Shown one piece after another: positions 29,341 to 42,257 of a stretch of DNA of 64,000 bases. The translations under genes were made by a program, and so were the position numbers. Below the pieces are notes generated by a model, which saw nothing but the letters and a program-made list of their open reading frames with translations, made no database searches and was not told where the DNA came from. Origin of the DNA: Thecamonas trahens ATCC 50062 (taxonomy: Eukaryota > Protista > Apusomonadida); contig NW_013657669.1 of assembly GCF_000142905.1 (NCBI RefSeq), forward strand, positions 1-64,000, read 5' to 3'. Numbering within the stretch: position 1 is the first letter of the stretch; each line of letters opens with the position of its first letter.

Positions 29341-32300
29341 TTACAACTGTGCATCATCAACACCGAGACCCATTCGTACCGGTGATGCCGATCGAGAGTT
29401 GGGGAGCGAGACGGGATTGAGTGCTTGCTGGCGCGATCGCGAGCCCGACCCAGAGCGAGACTGGGACCGCGACGCCTTGCGGCTGCGTGACTGCGACTCC
29501 ACGTCGCGAGCCAAGGGCGAGAACGAGATCCGCCGCCGGCTTTCGATCGGGGATGCCGGCGATGTCGCACGCGATTGCGGCGATGTCAGCGACGCGGCAG
29601 CCGTAGGCGACGCCGGACGCGATCGAGTCTTCCTCGGCCCAGCCACCGCTTTGAGCGCTTTGCGCAAGCTGCGGCGAGTCTGGGATGTCTGCATTGACAA
29701 CCGCTGGACGCCTTCAGACGCCGACAACGTCCGCCCGCTTCTAGGCGATGCCCTCGCTCGCTGCATCCGCGACTCGCGAACCATCCGCACCAGCCGCGGC
29801 TCGCTTCGCGATCCCATCATGCTCTTTGGCGCCGCGCCGGCATCCATCGGCTCTGACAGCATCTGCTCCCCGAACTCACAGGCGGTACCCGGCACCATGA
29901 TCCGTGACGATGTGCGTGACCGCGACATCGATATCTCGGTAGACGACACGACGCGCGACAGGCCCCGCCCTACTCCACCCGCCTTGGCTGGCGACCGCTG
30001 TGAGGTCGGCGTACCAGCTGACGAGTACGACCCGTTGCTCCGCACCGATGCTAGAGACGAGACGCGCGGCAGCAAGTGCACGTCCGAGATGCGCACCTGT
30101 GCCTGGGACTGTGAGAGCATGGCCAGCGACTGACGCCCCTCACTCCCTGTCATTGACTCCATGCTCGTGCCTCCTGGAGCTGTCCTGGCGCTCGACAAAT
30201 TCGTGTCGCCGTTGTCGCCGCTGTTGCGCTTCACGTGGCTCCGTACCGCCCAGCAGCCCGCGACCACGGATCCGCCGAGCACGCCGCCGAGCAGGCAGAG
30301 CGCGACCGAGTCGCTCACCGCACCGCGCCATTCGGCAAGTGGCCCGCAGCGGACCGCCTGGCCGAGACCAGCCACAATCGCGCCCATCACCCGCATCCCG
30401 AACTCGATCGTGTTGCCACTCGCCGACGGAAACGGCCGCGCAGCCGCCCAGCACATTGCTCCCATCAACAACATGCCTCCGCCAACACATGCTTGCGCCA
30501 ACGGCGCGTTGCCAAGCACTGCAAGGGTCGCCGCCAAGAAAAATACCTCACACATCTCGGCCACGGCTCCATACCTGCTGCGGTAGCGGAAGAGCTCAAA
30601 CAGACATCCATACCGCGCCCGCTCCGACTTGATGCCCAGAGTGCCGGCCAGCTCTAGCTCGCCGCGACTGCTGCTAGTGGCCATCAACTCGTCCAGCGGA
30701 GACGGCGTCCGTCGGGCCACAATTGGGAGCTCGCTGCGGGTCGTCAACGATGCATTGAACCGGGTGTTGATTGCCGTCTCGGGATCGTTGCTTAGTTCCT
30801 CATTCTCGCTCTCTCCCGCAAACGGCAGATCGATGCCATGGTTCATGGCATGCAGCTGTTGCATGTATACGACAGGCATGACTCCGTCTGCATACTCCGC
30901 CTCGACTCCGTCTAGTTCCTCCGCCTGTTCTGAGAACTCGGAGCCGAGCCCAGCCGCGAGCGATCCGCTCGAGCCGAACTCGGGTGGCCTGCTCGCAAAC
31001 TCGGGCGCGGCTGACGAGGCCGAGAGCGACGACCCGCTTGCCAAGTAGTAGCCACGCTGGCGCCGCTCGGTGCACGAGCTGTCAAGGCTTGACGACCTCG
31101 TCCCAGTGCTTGGACTTGATGATGTTGACGAGCTTCCTGTCGTTGGGCTCGTCGTGGCACTCGTCGGTGACCCACTCCTTGACGAGCTGCTCTCGCTCTC
31201 CGAGCTCGAGACCGACGCCGATGATAAGCTGCTGTCATGTGGTACCGATGTCGATGTTGACGACTTGGACGATTTGGACGACGACTTTGAGAACGCGCTC
31301 GGGCTACCCTGGCCAATCGACGACCTCGAGCTTGACACCGAAACAATTGCGCGTGATCGCGACGCTGATCGCGACCGCGAGTGCGACGACCGGTGTGACC
31401 ACCGTGGCGTTCGCCCCGCCAACACCACCGCGCCACCAAACCCAACTGTCGGTGATCGTGACCGGCCCTTGGTCGCCTCTTGAACCGACGGCGTCGTCGG
31501 CGACGACAGCGGCGAAGCATTTTCGGTCGGTGCAAGAGCAAGAATGAGCGAGAGCCGTCCGACTCGATCCAGTCGCCGCAGCGTGACCGCCATCCACAGT
31601 GGAAATCCAAGTCCGTAGCCGACAACCGTCGCCACTCCAATGACCAGCGCCGGTGTATGGGTCGTCGCGCCGCATTCGACGTCGCGCGCAGAGGCGAGGA
31701 CCCACACTCCCCGTCCATGCTCGGCTTGTGCCCGGGTGCACAGCATCGTGCTGACTGCGGCCTCCACAACTCGACCATACGCCAACATACCAAAGAGGCA
31801 TAGCGACCGAGTAAGCCGCCGCACGTAAAACGTGCGTCGATGAGGCAGGGTTCTGGCGAGTACAAGGTGCATGGCAACAAGCGTGAATGCGCGGCCACAC
31901 GAGGCGACAATTGGTAGAACGAGCGATATTGACCGCGACACAATGGCGACCTGGCACTCGGGCCGGACCGCGGATGGATCCAAGACAAGGACGCCGAGGA
32001 CGGTAAACACGTTGGTCATCGACGATGACAGCAGCCCGACTGCGTACCGGCCAACCAGGTACAGACCGAGCATGCTCAGCTGGGCCTGGGTCAACGCTGT
32101 TAACGTCCGGTCGCGCGCCACGGCGTGGATCACCATGTACACCACCCACAGCAGCGGCTGTGCCGCTGCTAGCAGCATTGTCGCCGTTCCGCAACGCACA
32201 CACGTCGCTCCAATCTCAAAGTACCCGCCGGCGCAGATCGCGCAAGCGCGGCCGGCATAGCCTGCCCCGCATCGCGAGTGCCTCCCACCGTGGCACCGAT

Positions 32301-35300
32301 CGTCCGGCGCCGAGCATCGGGTGACAAATCCGGCGCTCTCGTGACTGTTCCAGTAACCGGCCTGCGGCCAGAGCCGGTAGCCGCCAGGGCAGACAGCACC
32401 GTGTGGGCAAGCCAAACACTCGTTCTTGCGGCCAAAGACGCCCTCGTACGGGCAGTCGTTCGTAAAGTACAGATCAGGGTAGACTGCAAACGCGCCAGTC
32501 AGACCGTCGCGGACTGTGACGTCACGGTACGCCGACCCATTGCCAACCGCAGGCGTGACAAAGGTGAGCTCCCTGCCCGCGCCCCCGTCGCCCGAGACAT
32601 TGCCACGAACTACCGGATGCAGCTCGTCGCTCACGCTCAGCTCCATGTGTGGAGTGAGGTGGTTGCCGATGAGCGTGATCTGCGCGCCGCTGAGCGCCGC
32701 CACCCGCGGCCGGGTTGCTGCCACCGACGGCCACGCCACCGGCAGTACGGTGAAGCCCGCCGCCTCCCGCAAGTCGCTCTCGACCGCGTTGTATCCGTTC
32801 GAGTCGGTCCCGATGCCCTCGAGCGTCCCGACAAGGAACGCCGAAAGCGGGTTGAAGAGCGCCGTCTCGGCCGGCGCCAACACGCACACTTGGACGCCGT
32901 GGCGCCAGCTCGCAACGCCAGCGCCGACATCGGCGGTGTAGCCAAAGTTGACAACAGCGTCGCGAACAAGCCGGGTTGACAAAACTCTCGTGGCGCTCTC
33001 CCACGTGACATGGACCGGGGGTGCGGTAGCGCGTCGGGCATGATGTTGACCGCGATGCCGATGATGCCGTCGGACACAACAGTCGGCACATACGCCGCCA
33101 GTGAGAGGCGGACCCGCGGCGAGCGCCCACGATCCGCAAGCCAGGGCGCCGCAACAAGACTCACGCGGGTGCAAAGAGCATGGCCGGCTTGAGTCACCAC
33201 GCTGCTCGTGCTATCAATTCCGATCGGCGGCTGCGTGTCCGGCGGCCGCGCGAGTGGATCAAGCACAATGCCGGGCACAGTCGTGTCGGTGACCGAGAAA
33301 ACCACGTTGGGCCCGACGTCCGAGGCTAGGGCCATGTAGCTAGCGTCGGCCGAGGCCACACTGAGAAGTAGCGCCACAAGTGCCGGCGCCTCGCCGGCAA
33401 ACTCGTCCTTCGGCGCTTCGACAATGATCCGCTGGAACATGTTCCAGTTGCCTGCATCGAAGACCAGCGTCCGCGTGAGGAGCTTGAGATGTGGCATACG
33501 CGGTGGCAGCGGTCTGGCACTTGGGTCGAGCTCAAGCGAGACAACGACGGCTGCCGAAGGCGGCGTGCTGAGCTGGACAAGAAGAACGACGCTTGTGCCC
33601 TCATTGATGGCCAAAATCGAAGTTGGCCGCACGCCGTGGTCGGAGGTGATGACATCGACGCTGGCCCGGGTTGCGCCCCACGAGCCGGAGAGCACTGGCG
33701 AGTCCGACGCTGGGCCGCCAAAGGCCTTGGCGCTCCGCGGCGTAAAGATCGTCCATCCGGGCACCGGCACCGCGCCAAGGGGGTGGGCTGCGGGCCAAGC
33801 GTGATGGTGAGCGTCATGTTGTCATTCGACCACGCTCCGGTCAGTTGACTGCCGAGGCAGCCTGAGAGCATGTGCGGAAGCGCTGGCGGCGTTGTGCAGG
33901 TGAGCAGATCGTCGAGTGCAGCCGCTGAGCCGACTCGCGGTGCGTGAGTTGCGGATGAAAACTGGAGTGTCAGCGTGTCGCCCTCGGACATCTCGGTGTC
34001 GTCATAGCCGGGGTCGTGGGCAACGGCGGCGACGAGCCGCGGCTGCAAGATGGACGATGACGGCGAAGGCGACGGCGAAGGCTCCAGCCGCGGGAACTCG
34101 GGCGAGAAAGGCGGCGGAGGAGCGTGGACAAGCTTGAACGACCTGTGAAGGGGCGAGGAGAGGCCAGAGTTCCACGACACGACAGTCGATGGACGCGCAA
34201 AGGCCGGAGGCTGGGTAGTCGCGGCTGGTGTTTGCCCGGTGGCATCCACGAGCTCGCCGAGAGGTGCTGGCGATGAGAGTGGAAAATGGCATGAAGAGAG
34301 GGTGGGTACGGCGCCGGCGGGCCGGCACGCATCATCGACTGAGCGATGTCTGCGGGAGAGCGTACACGGGACCAAACTTGAAGCTCGGCCATATAAAAGT
34401 GCTGCAAGGCTGGGTGTGGCCGTTTGGGCAATGCGCCCAGCACCAACTGGGCATCTTCCCCGCCATCAGCGACAACCGAGGCTTGCCAGGAAGCGTTTGC
34501 CACCAACACACCATCGAAAAAGAGTGTGGCGGTTTGAAGCGGCGACGAGCGGACGAGCGCGACGTGGTGCCAGGCTCCGAGACCATTCGCAAAGTGATCG
34601 ACGGCGCCTGCAAACACCACTCGGGTTGCTGATCCGTTGCCAGACTCCATTGTTAGCGCGAGGCCATCAATGGCGAGCTCGAGGACAGCGAGGCAGTTAG
34701 CGGGTGGCCCACCGCCAGGATGTCCGCACAGAGCAAACAGAACAATGGGCGCAGGCGCAGGGGCGCTGGGTAAGGCAAAGAGCCGGAGCCAGAACTGGAT
34801 GGTGATATCGCCCGCGAGCAGGCCAGGTTCGGCGATCGGCATTGCAACGCAGTGTCTTCCGTGCGCAAGCGAGAGGACCGAGGAAGAGCGATTGGCTAGC
34901 GGAGGGCGTGCGTCAGATGAGTCGACAAACGGCGCGGCGGTCGAGGCCCAGAGATCCATGCCGTGTGGGCCGGAGTCGACAAGCCACGAGCCGGCGCCGT
35001 CGTCTGCGGGAAGGTATATAGTGAGGCCGGGTTCGGTGCCGGTGATCTTGGTGAGCTGAGCACCATCGAGGTCAGCCGCCGAGCGGACAGTGCCCCAGAC
35101 GCGAAACTCCAAGATGCTCCCAAGAAAGACATCAGATGAAAAAGGTGACGAGAGGAGGGTAAGGACAAGGCGCGTGGCTGCGCGGGAGACGTCGGCGGAC
35201 GGCCCGACAAAGGCGACGGCCTCACCGACGGGCCGGCCGTTAATGAAGAGAGCGAGAGATCGCTCAGAGACGTCGCGGACCAGAGCGAAATGCACCCATG

Positions 35301-35751
35301 ATTGCGGCGAGATGAGGCCATTGAGATTGTGGGACATGTCGGGGAGGCGAGCGGACGGGCTAGCGGCGGAAGGCGGAGCGGCGAAAAAAACCAAATTGCC
35401 ACTTGTGTCAAACACAGCAACCAAAGCCGGGGCGGCAGTGACGCTTGGAGCGCGCGGGGAAGCGAGTGCAAACCAGGGCGCTTGGTCACGGGGAGGCCAC
35501 GACTCAAACCATAGCCATGACTCTATCGTCCAATTAGTTGTTGGGAGAGCTTGCAGCAGAGGGGAGAGGACGGGAGCCGAGACGAGGCCGGAGGCGAAGC
35601 CGCCAACTGGAGGCACAACGCCGCGTTGTTCGGTTGCTGCGAGGCGGAGCGGGGAGGGGCCCGAAGCCACCGGGGCGACAAACAAGCTGGTGAGCAGGCT
35701 GAGAAGCATGACACATGGTCCCACTCTTGTGTATGGTCTACTTTTGGCCAT
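29341..35751 (-). CDS. Large surface receptor-like protein: signal peptide, two LamG/ConA-like domains, IPT/TIG-like, Cys-rich repeats, multi-TM; split by three 1-nt frameshifts
   Basis: WTIESW...WVHFALVRD...LFING...EFRVW and a second ITIQFW...WHHVALVRS...ELQVW; CLACPHGAVCPGG..WPQAGYW..CGAGYAGRACAICAGGYF; TM blocks. Four consecutive ORFs join at homopolymers 34283-34286, 33779-33783 and 33017-33021. Confidence 0.75.
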
Positions 35752-35949
35752 GATCTGTCTGCCACCTCGCTCACCGGGGAGAGCCTCCAGCCAGGGTCGA
35801 GAGAAGCGCTTTGCTGACCCACGAGGGGGGCAGGCACCCGCCAACCGCACAAGTTCCGGAAGCCAAAAAAAAAAATGGCTTACGGCTCCATAGGTTGGAA
35901 AAAACCGGCCCGGCATCAGGCCCGGCACATGGTTGGGTGGCACTACCGC

Positions 35950-37221
35950 TCACTCCGAGGTGGGATGTGGGGCGGCGTCGGTGGCTATGGAGACAAGATG
36001 GTCGAGGAGAGGCCTGTGGTGGTCGTGCCAGTCGAGATCGTCGACAGACATGGAGACGGCGGCGCGGACGCCATCGACGCCGCCGACGGCGTTGACGGCG
36101 TCCATGGCGGCGCGATCGAGGTGGGAGGGGAAGGCGAGGCCCGGGGCGGCAGTCAGGGCAGCGACGCCTGCAGCCAGGGCATAGCCGCCCCAGTTGGAGA
36201 CGCCAGTCGCAATGGTGATGTCGGTGGGAACGACGGTGGCAGTGACGTCGGCGTCGGGGACAGCGTCGAGGACGGCAGCGCGGATGGCAGGCGAGCCCAT
36301 GCCGATTTCGTTGCCGCCGTCGCCGACGCCGATGGTGGTGAGCGAGGAGGAGGCAAAGCCAAAGGCTGGTTCGCGGAGGAACATGGCGTCAATGGGTGCG
36401 GTGACGGCTGAGATGTCGCCGGCACGCATGTTGCGGTACGAACCGTCGGGCGTCCGCCCGGGCCGTTCGATGGCGACCGCAACGGTTGGGGCGTACGTCT
36501 CGCGGATGTGGGTGTGGAATGCTAGGCACTCTGGAGATGCGCCGCCGCTTGACGCGGTGCCGCCGTCATGGGTCGGGTAGATCTCGAGAGCCACGTCTGT
36601 CGAGCGACTCTCGCTGAGGGCAGCGTCGAGCGCAGCCTCGACGAGCGGGCGGTTGAGGTCGTCGGTGACAACAACGACGTCCTTCCCCGCGCCCGCCAGT
36701 GCGCGGGCGAGCGCAGCCGTGCCGATTGGGCCGTCGTTCTCGCCAGCATTGACCGAAGCAATGAAGAATCCCGTGGTGAGAAGGATGGAACGAGCCGAGA
36801 TTAGAGCCGTCGTCGCCGCTCCAACCGCACCGTTGACGAAGCACTTGCCGATGCCGCGGTTTGCAGGATCCTAAGAATGGGGTGGTGTGAGTGGGTAGAT
36901 GATGGTTGCTGCGACCACGAGGCACGACCACGACTACGATCACGACTACGCTCACGAGGCACGACCACGACTACGATCACGATTACGCTTACGAGACACG
37001 GCCATTGCTGCGACCACGAGGCACGACCACGACTACGATCGCGGCTACGCTCACGAGGCACGACCACGACTACGATCACACCCATCATGTCGCCCCCCAT
37101 CATCTCACCTCCCCTCACGACAGTCATGCCCACCAGCCCAGTCATCATGTCGCGTCCATACCTTGTAGATAGCGCCCTCAATGCGACGAAAGGCACGAGT
37201 CACAGCACTAGCCATGGCCAT
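35950..37221 (-). CDS. D-glutamate cyclase-like C-terminal domain (DUF4392) protein; intron 36871-37161
   Basis: MAMASAVTRAFRRIEGAIYK|DPANRGIG; LLTTGF, ENDGPIG, IERPG...Y.NMR, IGVGDGGNEIGMG, VSNWGGY, VDGV. Confidence 0.85.
36906..37079. repeat. Intronic compound repeat: two copies offset by 99 bp, built from CACGAC/TACGAT/CACGAG hexamers
   Basis: ttgctgcgaccacgaggcacgaccacgactacgatc occurs at 36906 and 37005. Confidence 0.85.
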
Positions 37222-37814
37222 ATCGGCACGGCTGGGAGAGAGGTAATGTTGGAGGTGGCGCCGGTGGTAGACGTCGTCGTCGTCGTCGTGGTGGTGGTGG
37301 TGGTGGCGGTGACGTGCTGGAACTGGTGCGAATGGCTAGCTGGTGACGAGCTCGGACGATGGAGAAGCACATGCGGGAAAGTGGGGTGATGGAGGCTTGA
37401 GAGCATGGGAGGAAAGGTTTGATTGGGAGGTCGGATGCTGACCATGGTTAGCCGATCGGAGGAGAAGCACATGTGGGCGGTGATGGGCAGTGATCGTCGT
37501 GGCCAGCAGGCTGGTCTCCGTCAGGCTGATGTACAAGGTCGGCAGGAGGCCATCTGATAAGAGTGGCCAACAAATGACATGGTTGTCATCTTGTCGATTC
37601 CCGGTGTCACAGTGATCGATACGTCGATGAGTGAACAACGCCAGGTGTGCTAGCCATGCCCATCTCATCGCGCTCCGTCACGTCTCGGACAGGACTCCCT
37701 GTCGCCGCACCCGCCACCGCTCTCCCCACACACACACACACACACCCCACACACATACACACACACAAACATATGCCGGGAAAGGTTGTTGTCCGCGCAG
37801 CAGCACGGTCAACC

Positions 37815-39176
37815 ATGCCCACCCCCACCGCCACCGCCGCTACTACGTCCTCCTCGTCGTCGTCGTCGTCGTCTCTGGCAACGTCACCCGGCGGAGCCAT
37901 GTCCAAGCATAAGGAGCGGACGACACAGAAGGTCGAGATTGTGGCAGCGGCACCAGGGAGTATTGGAGAGGATGGTGAGGTCCAGGTCAAGTACGTTATG
38001 TCTGTTTGCAGCATGTGGCATGGGTGTGGCCGGGGGGGGGGGAGGGGGAGGGGGCGGTGCTGGTGCGGGTGCCCCCCGCTTTCCGGTAGAATCTACCTCG
38101 CCGACTTTTTCTCAACCATGGATGGCCATGGCTTCTGGCTCGGAGCGGGCAATCGGGCCAGGGTACTTACATGAACAACAAACAGGCTGCGGAAAAAGGT
38201 GCCGACGCTCAAGGCCGAGATGCTTGTCGAAGATCGTGGCTTTCCCTACGTGTTGAAGCACTTTCCCAAGCGTGCCAAGATGAGCCGGAAGAAGGGTGAC
38301 GAGCTGGCGAACCTCTCAAAGCTCCTTGGCGCCTACCATGATTGGGCGCACGACGTCTTTCCCAAGCTCGTCTTTCCGGACTTTATCGACCGCGTCCGCA
38401 AGCTCGCCTCAAACGCCATGGTCCGCGACCTTGTCAGTCGCATGCGCTACCAGTCTGAGCACGGCGTGACTCGTGAAGAGATGGACCTTGCTGCCGAGCC
38501 CACCGCCGAAGAGATTCGTGCCGCTGCCCTCCTCGATGGCATTGCACCCAACATGCTTTTCGGTGACGAGGGCGGCCTTGGTGGGTGGAGCGCCGTTCCG
38601 GAACAGCCGGCTGTCTCGACTGCGCCGACTGCGCGCCCCTCGGCCGCCAACCCCGCCGCTGATGACGACTTTGATCTCGCCGCCCTCGAGGCCATGCGCG
38701 AGCTCGAGACCCAGCCGCCGGTGACTTCCCGCCCTGCCGCCAACCCCGCCGCTGACGACGACTTTGATCTCGCCGCCCTCGAGGCCATGCGCGAGCTCGA
38801 GACCCAGCCGCCGGCGACTTCCCGCCCTGCCGCCAACCCCGCCGCTGATGACGACTTTGATCTCGCCGCCCTCGAGGCCATGCGCGAGCTCGAGACCCAG
38901 CCGCCGGCGACTTCCCGCCCTGCCGCCAACCCCGCCGCTGACGACGACTTTGATCTCGCCGCCCTCGAGGCCATGCGCGAGCTCGAGACCCAGCCGAGCA
39001 ATGTCGGCGCTCCGGCCGCTGAGGACGGGACGCCTGTTCGGCTCCCACGCCACTCGCGTGCCGCGCGCATGATGGGCCGCAAAAAGCGGTCGCGCTCGCC
39101 GGCCCATACTGCTGCCTCCGAGGCCGAGGCCCGGCGCACTTCCAAGCGCTCGTCGCCGCTCCCCCTCTCGCCGTAA
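37815..39176 (+). CDS. TIPIN: TIPIN/Swi3/Csm3 replication fork protection protein; intron 37991-38185; start 37815 or 37899
   Basis: Spliced VQVK|LRKKVPTLKAEML..RGFPYV...GDELANLSKLLGAYHDWAHDVFPKLVFPDFIDRV matches the Swi3 domain. Confidence 0.85.
38642..38996 (+). repeat. Coding tandem repeat, 4 x 93 bp (31 aa: PAANPAADDDFDLAALEAMRELETQPPATSR)
   Basis: DDDF codons start at 38661, 38754, 38847 and 38940 (period 93); copies nearly identical. Confidence 0.95.
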
Positions 39177-39209
39177 AGCCGTGTGATATTACTGCGACTG
39201 CGGCGGCGG

Positions 39210-41498
39210 CTACTCGGTCCGCTCGTCCATGATGATGTCAAACACATGGGTGCGGTGCGGTGAGCCTTCATCGATGGCCAGCGGCTGGCAGCGGAGGCAG
39301 ACCGCAAACGCCGGGCAGGCGATGCACCGAAACTCGGGGCCAAAGATGTCCTGCTGGCACAGATCGCACCGCAACCGGACCGCCGTCCCATCTGTGCCGG
39401 CAAACAAGATGTGCTCGGTCCGGATCGAGTGCTCGGGTGCCTCGGTGCCAAACTCGGTGTCGACCCGGATGTGGCTCGACGTCGCCGGCACATACGCCGG
39501 CGCCGTCTCCCAGTTGAAGCTTGCCCCGCATCCGTCCTGGTTGTCGCCGCCGTGGTAGTTCCGCCCGCACACCATCGACGAGCAGCCGGCGACCCGGTTG
39601 ATGACCCGGCCGCACGACGGGCAGCACCGGCAGTTGGCCGCCTTCCACTCCTCGTCGTTCTCGTTCTCGCGAAGCCGCTGCAGCGCAGCCTCGACCTCGC
39701 GCTGGTGCGCCTCGCGGGCCTCATTGAACTCGGAAATTCGCTCCTCGTACTCGGCGTCGGCCGCCGCGAGCTGGTCCAGATACGCCCGCCGCCCGCTTGT
39801 CACCCACTCGAGCCACGCCCGCTCTGCCTGCTGTACCTGCCCACACTCGTACTTGTAGTGGTACTGGTTCTTGCACAGAGAGCAGAAGACTGCCCGGCAG
39901 ACCGAGCACGTCACACGCTCCTTCTCGCCGGGCATCGACGCAATCTCGTACCCAGTGCAGTCGGCCGTTGGGCACGGAATCGCGCCCGGGATCGAGGTGA
40001 TGGCCCGCGTCAGCTGTTGGGTGCGGAACTTGGTCAGCAGCTCGCCCTCGCCCACCGTCTGCATCACCTCAATCTCGGACATGACATGGTTGCACTCGCC
40101 GCCGGGGCAGACCGCCTCGGTGTTCTCGCGGATGTTCATCTCCACCATCCGCCCGATGCACTCAAAACAGAACCGGTGCGACGCTGCGCAGTCGACCGTG
40201 TACATCTGCGAGACCTCAAACTCGCAGAAACAGAGCTCGCAGTCAAACACCGTCGGCGGCGATTTGGCCGCCGCCATCAGCGCCTCGTCCTTGGCCAGCC
40301 ACTCGGCAACGTCGATCCCGTTGAGTAGGAGCGAGATGAGCGTGTCTGCAGAGCCTGCCGTGTGACGCATCACACACTCCACCACGTGCCTCGGGTACTT
40401 GCCGCCGATGATCGTCACAATCAGGTCCGGGTCCATCTCGCTCGCCCCACTGCTTGCCCCGCCGCCACCATCGCCGTTCCCCGTGTCCAGGCTCAACCCA
40501 TCGCGCCCGTTCCTCCCGCCGTTGCCACCGTTGCCGCCGTCGTCGAGCTCCGACGACCGAATCTTCTGCGCTTCTGCGAGCTTGCGGATCACGTCACGGT
40601 CGTCTGCATGCCGCGCCAGCATCGCCGCCTGCTCCGCCCGCTGTGCCGCCACCGCTGCAGCCTGCTCGCCAAACTCGTCCGCCGCCTGCGTCGCCCGCCG
40701 AGACGCATTCAGCAGCTCCGCCACCGCCTGCGCCTTTTCTGCCGCAGCCGTCCGCTCCACGCGCTTCTCCTCGCGACTCCGCAGGAGCTCCAGCTCGGCG
40801 GCGGGCTGAAGAGCCGCAGTCGCCTCCACCGCAGCCACTGTCTCCTTCGTGTCTGGATCATCGTCTTCCTCCACCTCCTTCCCACGCCTGACCTCGCTCT
40901 GATGGATGGATGCAGACGGCGGCGAGACCGCCTGCGGCGTTACAACCCGCGGCGTCACAACCCGTGGCGTCTCGGCGCCCTCACCCGGCATCGCCACGTC
41001 GCGTGGGGTGGACGAGCCCGACTTGGCGTGCTTGAAAAACGGCTCGTTGTTCTCGGCCACATACAGCACATCATTGTTGTCGATGAGCTCCGTCTCGTCC
41101 ACGATCGCCCCCGTATCCATGTACAACGTTGTCGGATGAGTCAAGCCCAGCTTGCTCGTCGCCTTGGCCAACAGCTCCTCCATCGTCTCAGGCACCGCCA
41201 CCAACTACAACCGCCATCGCCATCATCCGATCAAGAGCACGAGAGAGCACAAAAAAGGTGAGCCACACACAGCTGCCCGACTCCACCATCTCTAAAATAA
41301 CCAAACCAATGCCCATGCATGCGCACTCCCCACACACACATACACACAACACGACGTCCATAACCCTCCCTCCCTCCCCCCCCACTCCCCACCCTCCCCA
41401 CCCTCCCTCCCCCCCCCACTCCCCCCATGTACGGTTGGTCATACATAGCCTGTGGCCCCCTCCTCATTCCGAAAGATGGAACACCGTGTCCGTGGCAT
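39210..41498 (-). CDS. RBR (RING-IBR-RING) E3 ubiquitin ligase with N-terminal KHA/DCX-like domain and C-terminal ZZ finger; intron 41205-41444
   Basis: Exon 1 MPRTRCSIFRNEEGATGY|LVAVPETMEELL; RING1 CELCFC..HRFCFEC; IBR CPTADC..CSVC..FCSLC; RING2 CPSC..INRVAGCSSMVCG; ZZ-like CDLC..CIAC..CLRC. Confidence 0.88.
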
Positions 41499-41636
41499 GT
41501 TCCTGCCGTCGAGGTGGTGTTTGGGGTGGAGTGAGTGGCTGTAGTTGTCCGCGTCGGGCAAGTGGAGGTGCGGTAGGGGAGAGGGGGGAGAGGGGGAGGG
41601 GGGGAAGGAAGGGGGAGCTGTATGTGGCATGGCTTC

Positions 41637-41725
41637 GACGAACGAACGAAACGAACGAACGAAACGAATGAACGAAAGGAACGAACGAAACGAACGAACG
41701 AAACGAACGAGCGAAACGAACGAAA
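41637..41725. repeat. (CGAA/CGAAA)n microsatellite in the divergent intergenic region
   Basis: gaacgaacgaaacgaacgaacgaaacg... read directly. Confidence 0.9.
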
Positions 41726-42257
41726 CAATGGACGGGAACGGGACAATGGGAACGATTGGACCGAGCGATGGGCATCAAGAAAAGCGCAACGATCATGTCA
41801 CAACTCTTAAACCAAAGTTGATCCGTGGTAGAGTGCTTGTTGTGGACTGCTGCTGTCGTCACACAAGCTGAAGAGCCAAATCGCCTGATCTCACAGATAC
41901 TGCAGCGCATATCTCCACGTGCGTGCGGTAGCATTTTTGTGATCGCGAACTGATCCTCCCTCACCCACCCTGCTGCAGAGACTTTCCATCCCATCCATAG
42001 GTTATCCCTCCCCATCCCTCCCCTCCCCTTCGCGCTTTCCACTCCCTACTCTCTTGCCGTTCTCTTGCACCCCTTTATGATCTCCGATCACCCCCCTACA
42101 GCTCACAGCACCCTGTATTGTAAGCTAGCTAGGTCACAAAAAGAGCCAAAAGTTGGCGCGGTCAGCGGCGCCAAACGGCCACAAGCCACAGGCTAGGGTG
42201 ACAAGCCACGGGGCTCGGGCAGGGCCGACACCGCTCTACTCACCGACCGTCTTGACC

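Noticed and set aside
29341-35751. Pseudogene call for the frameshifted receptor
   Set aside because: No in-frame stops and all breaks are same-direction homopolymer indels; sequencing error is more likely.
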